NCBI GenBank assembly: GCA_964474455.1
Contig: CAYYSU010000003.1
Coordinates: 22,999-86,998 of the forward strand
Length of the DNA stretch: 64,000 nt
From: an uncultured Bacteroidales bacterium
GTDB taxonomy: Bacteria; Bacteroidota; Bacteroidia; Bacteroidales; BM520
Reading direction: 5' to 3'
In this document: in pieces, positions 60,143 through 64,000 of the stretch
Numbering within the stretch: position 1 is the first letter of the stretch
How the letters are laid out: each line of letters begins with the position of its first letter
The notes under the pieces: model-generated
The model's database searches: none
What the model was told of the DNA's origin: nothing
The model's input: only the letters and a program-made list of their open reading frames with translations
Position numbers and translations under genes: made by a program

Positions 60143-60911
60143 TCACATCCCCGAAAGGGATTGCATCCCCAGAAATAAAGGCATAACAATGGTTATGGAC
60201 AAAGGTCTTAGTATTCGTGAAGCTGAAGACTTTATACAGACAGCCGGACATCTGGCGGACTTTTTAAAGCTTGGCTTTGGTACCAGCGTAGTATCAAAAA
60301 ATGTAAAAGAAAAGGTTGCTCTGTATAAAAAAGCAGGACTGAAAGTGTATGTTGGTGGTACGCTCTTCGAAGCTTTTGCCATACGCAATGATCTCGACGG
60401 GTACAAAAGATATATTGACAATCTTGGCATCGATGCCGTAGAGGTGTCTGATGGCTCCGCTCCAATGAACCATGACGCAAAATGTCGTTTTATTACAGAT
60501 TTTTGCAAAGATTACACTGTTCTCTCGGAAGTAGGAAACAAAAGTGCTGACGTGGAGATCCCTGTGGATCAGTGGATAAAAATGATGCAGAAGGAGCTTG
60601 TAGCAGGATCGTTTAAGGTTATTGCTGAGGCCAGAGAGAGTGGCACGGTGGGTATTTTCGATAGTGAAGGTGGTGCTGACACAACGCTCATTGAAGGATT
60701 ATCAACAAATCTTGACCCCAACGATATTCTGTGGGAAGCACCGCAAAAGTCACAGCAGGCGTGGTTCATAAAACATTTTGGTGCGCATGTAAACCTGGGA
60801 AATATAGCTCCTCACGAACTTATCGCCATGGAAACACTGCGCCTGGGGCTTCGTGGCGACACGTTTTACAACTTCCTTCCTGAAGAGTTTAAAAGTATCA
60901 CTATAGAATAA
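60126..60911 (+). CDS. comA: Phosphosulfolactate synthase (ComA) family protein
   Basis: PRNKGITMVMDKG, KLGFGTS, GGTLFE, EVSDG, SEVG.K, VIAEARESG, WEAPQK.QQ, VNLGNI, ETLRLGLRGDT. Confidence 0.9.
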   Translation: MTYPINHIPERDCIPRNKGITMVMDKGLSIREAEDFIQTAGHLADFLKLGFGTSVVSKNVKEKVALYKKAGLKVYVGGTLFEAFAIRNDLDGYKRYIDNLGIDAVEVSDGSAPMNHDAKCRFITDFCKDYTVLSEVGNKSADVEIPVDQWIKMMQKELVAGSFKVIAEARESGTVGIFDSEGGADTTLIEGLSTNLDPNDILWEAPQKSQQAWFIKHFGAHVNLGNIAPHELIAMETLRLGLRGDTFYNFLPEEFKSITIE

Positions 60912-60917
60912 TCATCT

Positions 60918-61853
60918 ATGCGCGAATATACCGCCACTTTTTTTAAGGGAATCGCAATGGGTGCTGCTAATGTTATCCCCGGCGTTTCCGGGGGAACAAT
61001 CGCTCTTATCACAAATATCTTCGAACGACTGATCAATGCAATCAAGTCATTCGACTTTAAGGCGCTAAAACTACTCTTTGCCGGTAAATTCAAAGAGTTT
61101 GCACAATATGTGGATGTATGGTTCCTGGTGGCGGTGTTTTCTGGCGTTATTATGGCCGTAATAACGTTAGCGCGTCTGTTTGATTTCCTATTTAAAAACT
61201 ATCCTGTATATATCTGGGCCTATTTCTTCGGACTGGTGATGGCGTCAGTATATTTTGTGGGCAAAACGGTTTCAAAATGGAATATCCCGGTGATTATTAG
61301 TTTTGCCGTGGGAGCTATTATTGCTGTCACTATTTCTGTCTTGAACCCCGCAACAGAAAACAGCGGCTTCATATACCTGATTTTGTGCGGTGTAGCTGGA
61401 GTGTGCTCCATGATTCTTCCCGGGCTCTCCGGTTCTTTCATACTTTTTATCATGGGAAACTACCAGCTGGTGGTAATTGATGCAGTTAATAATTTTGATC
61501 TTAATATTCTTATCCCTGTTGTTATTGGTGCTGTTGGCGGACTGCTGGCCTTTTCTCATCTGCTGTCGTGGGTTTTGAAAAAATATAGAAACCAGACTAT
61601 AGCTCTTCTAACAGGATTTATTCTGGGATCTCTGCGTATTCTGTGGCCATGGCAAAAACCAGTACTACTAATGGACGAAAACGGATCTCCTCTTATTAAA
61701 GACGGGGCAAACGTAATCGTAAGCTATCAGCAATACCTTCCGGAAAATCTTTCTCAAGAAGTGATATTGGCAATATTCTGGATATTCATGGGTATTGTCT
61801 CTATCACATTAATTGAGTATTTTGCTGCCAAACAGACTCGCAAAGGCAATTAA
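60918..61853 (+). CDS. DUF368 family membrane protein
   Basis: KGIAMGAANVIPGVSGGTIA.I..I.ERLI.AI, SMILPGLSGSFIL..MG.Y, LTGFILGSL..LWPW. Confidence 0.9.
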   Translation: MREYTATFFKGIAMGAANVIPGVSGGTIALITNIFERLINAIKSFDFKALKLLFAGKFKEFAQYVDVWFLVAVFSGVIMAVITLARLFDFLFKNYPVYIWAYFFGLVMASVYFVGKTVSKWNIPVIISFAVGAIIAVTISVLNPATENSGFIYLILCGVAGVCSMILPGLSGSFILFIMGNYQLVVIDAVNNFDLNILIPVVIGAVGGLLAFSHLLSWVLKKYRNQTIALLTGFILGSLRILWPWQKPVLLMDENGSPLIKDGANVIVSYQQYLPENLSQEVILAIFWIFMGIVSITLIEYFAAKQTRKGN

Positions 61854-62593
61854 TGGCACAATACGGCATAATAGGGAAATCGTTGGGGCACTCTTTCTCC
61901 CCCGCAATTTTTAATAAGTTTTTTAAAGATAATGATTTATCTCACACGTATAATACATATGAGATAGCAAGAATCAGTGATCTGTTTTCTGTTATTGAGA
62001 AAAATAATTCTTTAGAGGGGCTTAATATAACCATTCCATATAAAGAAGAGATAATTCCCTTCCTGGATACAATATCACCTGAAGCAGAAAAAATAGGTGC
62101 TGTTAACACCATACATATAATTCGTCATGAAGAGAGCTTTACTTTGCATGGATATAACACGGATTCGTTTGGCTTTCAAGAAACTCTAAAGAGCCTGGAG
62201 CAGAGGTTTAAAAATGCTCTTATCCTTGGTACCGGGGGCGCGGCAAAGGCTGTGGAATACGTGCTTTCAAAAAATAATATTCCGTATATAGGTATCTCCA
62301 GAAATCCTGTATCCGCAAAGATAATCTCATACGAATCACTAGATCAAAGTATTTTAAAAAGTACTGATTTATTGATAAATACCACTCCATTAGGGATGTA
62401 TCCTGATGTTGACAAAATGCCCAATGTAATAGTAGGTTTTTTACATAAAGAGATGACTGTAATAGACTTGATATACAATCCTAAACAGACATTGTTATTA
62501 AAAAAAGCTGAACTAAAAGGCTGTAAAACTGTTAATGGTGCATTAATGTTGAAGATGCAAGCTCAAAAAGCATGGAAAATATGGAAAAAATAA
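61853..62593 (+). CDS. aroE: Shikimate dehydrogenase
   Basis: HSFSP, GLNITIPYK, GAVNT, GYNTD, LGTGGAA, INTTPLGM, DLIYNP, ML..QA. Confidence 0.93.
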   Translation: MAQYGIIGKSLGHSFSPAIFNKFFKDNDLSHTYNTYEIARISDLFSVIEKNNSLEGLNITIPYKEEIIPFLDTISPEAEKIGAVNTIHIIRHEESFTLHGYNTDSFGFQETLKSLEQRFKNALILGTGGAAKAVEYVLSKNNIPYIGISRNPVSAKIISYESLDQSILKSTDLLINTTPLGMYPDVDKMPNVIVGFLHKEMTVIDLIYNPKQTLLLKKAELKGCKTVNGALMLKMQAQKAWKIWKK

Positions 62594-62618
62594 TCTATTA
62601 AGATACAAACCTTTTAAC

Positions 62619-62626
62619 TATGTTTG
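62619..62626 (+). promoter_or_regulatory. -7 element TATGTTTG
   Basis: Matches TAnnTTTG 42 nt upstream of ATG 62669. Confidence 0.5.
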
Positions 62627-62668
62627 CATTAGACAAAATTGTAACACTATAACTAAAATACAAAAAGC

Positions 62669-63247
62669 ATGAAAAAGTTATTACCATTATTCCTGGTCGC
62701 ATTTCTTTTCGTTGCATGCAACAGCAACAGCAATAAAAGTGAGACAGATACAAAAGCTGCCACTGAAGTGCAGGCCGCAGTTGTCGAAACTGACGTTATG
62801 GATTTTCTGAACAATCAGCAGGAGCTCGTTGGCCAGACTGTTAATATCAAAGGCGATGTAGCGCATGTATGTGCTCATGGCGGAAAAAGATTATTCCTGA
62901 TGCATCCTGACACAGTGGATCGCGTAAAAATTACTGCCGGAGAAGATATCCCAGCCTTTAAAACAGAATTAGAGGGAAGCGTTATTACTGTGACCGGAGT
63001 TGTTGAAGAGCTCAGAGTCACTCCTGAGTACCTTGACAACTGGCAGGCAGAACTTGAAGCAGGTGCCGATGGTGAAGAGTCAGAGAAGAAAATTCATACA
63101 GGAGAAGATGGCCATGAGCATCATGAAGGTGATATGGCGCATGAGCTTGAGCAGATAAACAACTATCGAACTATGCTTGAAGAGAATGACAAAGAATTTT
63201 TATCTTTTATTAGTATTGACTGCAAAAAGATTGTCGAACATAAATAA
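62669..63247 (+). CDS. Lipoprotein of unknown function (OB-fold-like core, His/acidic-rich insert)
   Basis: Lipobox FVAC; V.IKG.V.HVCAHGGKRLFL, G..ITVTG.V.E; HTGEDGHEHHEGDMAHE. Confidence 0.75.
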   Translation: MKKLLPLFLVAFLFVACNSNSNKSETDTKAATEVQAAVVETDVMDFLNNQQELVGQTVNIKGDVAHVCAHGGKRLFLMHPDTVDRVKITAGEDIPAFKTELEGSVITVTGVVEELRVTPEYLDNWQAELEAGADGEESEKKIHTGEDGHEHHEGDMAHELEQINNYRTMLEENDKEFLSFISIDCKKIVEHK

Positions 63248-63255
63248 TTCTGACT

Positions 63256-63717
63256 CTAATCTTCTTCATCTTGCACCTGCATCTTGCTAATTAAATACCA
63301 ATAGTAGAATGCTTCAGGATTTACTTTCTTTAATCTGTTCAGTTTGTTAATTGAAGGATCTTCAATCATTACGTCTTTAAAATCTTCAGGTAATCTATAC
63401 TTTTGAAAGGATTCATACAATACATCCAGAAGAATGTAGTCTTCATCCGTATATGTTTGAAACACCGGTTTGTAATTTACCTTATAATGATCTTTCTTAA
63501 TGTTTGAACCTGATTTTCGCTTTTGTCTCTCATACCGGATAAACCCATGACTCTCAACGACTGCATCAAGGCATGAATCATCCAATTCTTCTGTATCAGA
63601 AAATATCACATCTATATCAATCTAAAGTCGTTTTATTTCAGGGAAGCGCAATAATAAAGCAGCCCCTCCTTTAAAAACAAAATTGAGTTTTTGAATTGCA
63701 AGTCCCTCCAACAGAAA
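63256..63717 (-). pseudogene. AbiEii/AbiGii-family nucleotidyltransferase toxin remnant 1 (5'-truncated, nonsense codon, apparent internal deletion)
   Basis: Minus-strand frame reads FLLEGLAIQKLNFVFKGGAALLLRFPEIKRL*IDIDVIFSD...; the AbiEii motif FKGG...R.S.DID is broken by TAG at 63624-63622. The frame continues as the track ORF to ...KLNRLKKVNPEAFYYW. Confidence 0.75.
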
Positions 63718-64000
63718 CACCAATAGATGATCTCCGGTTAAAAATCCGTCATACATATGACCTACATCAAATGCTAAAAAACAACAATTTACTCGAGTTC
63801 TTCAATTCCGATAGATTTGACAATCTACTTAAAAAGGTTACGCAGGAAGATGCAGATGGATTTGACAATAAGAATCTGATAAAATAGCCACCCCATGAAG
63901 CAATCATTTTCAGTTCACCCAAAGAAACCTGGTCAAAACTCAGCAACATATACAGTGGAGACTTCCGATATCTTGTGTATGGTGAGTTGCCTGGGGAAAA
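63711..64000 (+). pseudogene. AbiEii-family remnant 2, C-terminal part (5'-truncated, in-frame TAG; runs off the window)
   Basis: TETPIDDLRLKIRHTYDLHQML...KNLIK*PPHEAIIF...W..L..IYSGDFRYLVYGELP. The RH.YD motif and LVYGELP resemble the C-terminal half of Bacteroidota AbiEii proteins as I recall them; the frame stays open after TAG 63885-63887. Confidence 0.6.

Noticed and set aside
553-63949. Numerous short antisense or alternate-frame ORFs in the track (e.g. 9981-10373, 31259-32203, 41239-42138, 45394-45993)
   Set aside because: They lie within or antisense to well-supported genes and show no motifs; treated as shadow ORFs.
63256-64000. TAG recoding (alternative genetic code) suggested by two in-frame TAGs
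   Set aside because: Intact genes here end in TAG (cutC 7143-7145, TatD 7792-7794, ppa), and the two TAGs appear to replace different residues, so nonsense mutation is the simpler explanation.
1-64000. CRISPR arrays, tRNA/rRNA, IS elements, invertible promoters
   Set aside because: No regularly spaced repeats, tRNA arms, transposase or recombinase ORFs seen by eye; a tRNAscan/Infernal/CRISPR scan would be needed to exclude them formally.

Overview
This window looks like chromosomal DNA from an anaerobic Bacteroidota (Bacteroidales/Marinilabiliales-like) genome. That is inferred from Bacteroidota-type TAnnTTTG promoter elements, four T9SS-sorted proteins, an rnfBCDGEA operon and hydF. Most of it is housekeeping: serC-serA-DUF1015, GH20-cutC-TatD-nucleotidyltransferase, dus-metH-metF, ppa, rimO, mntP, sbcDC, parC, sfsA, rnf, aspA-like-hydF, glmM and comA-DUF368-aroE. 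An AT-richer accessory block at ~15.5-22.8 kb holds a T9SS protein, a TPR-LuxR membrane regulator, a 44-aa basic ORF missed by the ORF track, an FGE-domain lipoprotein and an AraC/HMA plus permease metal module. The last 750 bp hold two back-to-back, decayed AbiEii-family toxin fragments, probably the edge of a degraded defence island. I found no tRNA, rRNA, CRISPR array, integrase, transposase or reverse transcriptase, and I cannot claim a clearly new complete system. The best leads are the double AbiEii scar, the hydF-coupled aspartase homologue with altered substrate-binding motifs, the TPR-LuxR/small-protein/FGE module, DUF1015 in the serB-less ser operon, an ATP-grasp gene coupled to dus, and a REP doublet in the ser operon. 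All family assignments come from motif recognition by eye; no database searches were run.
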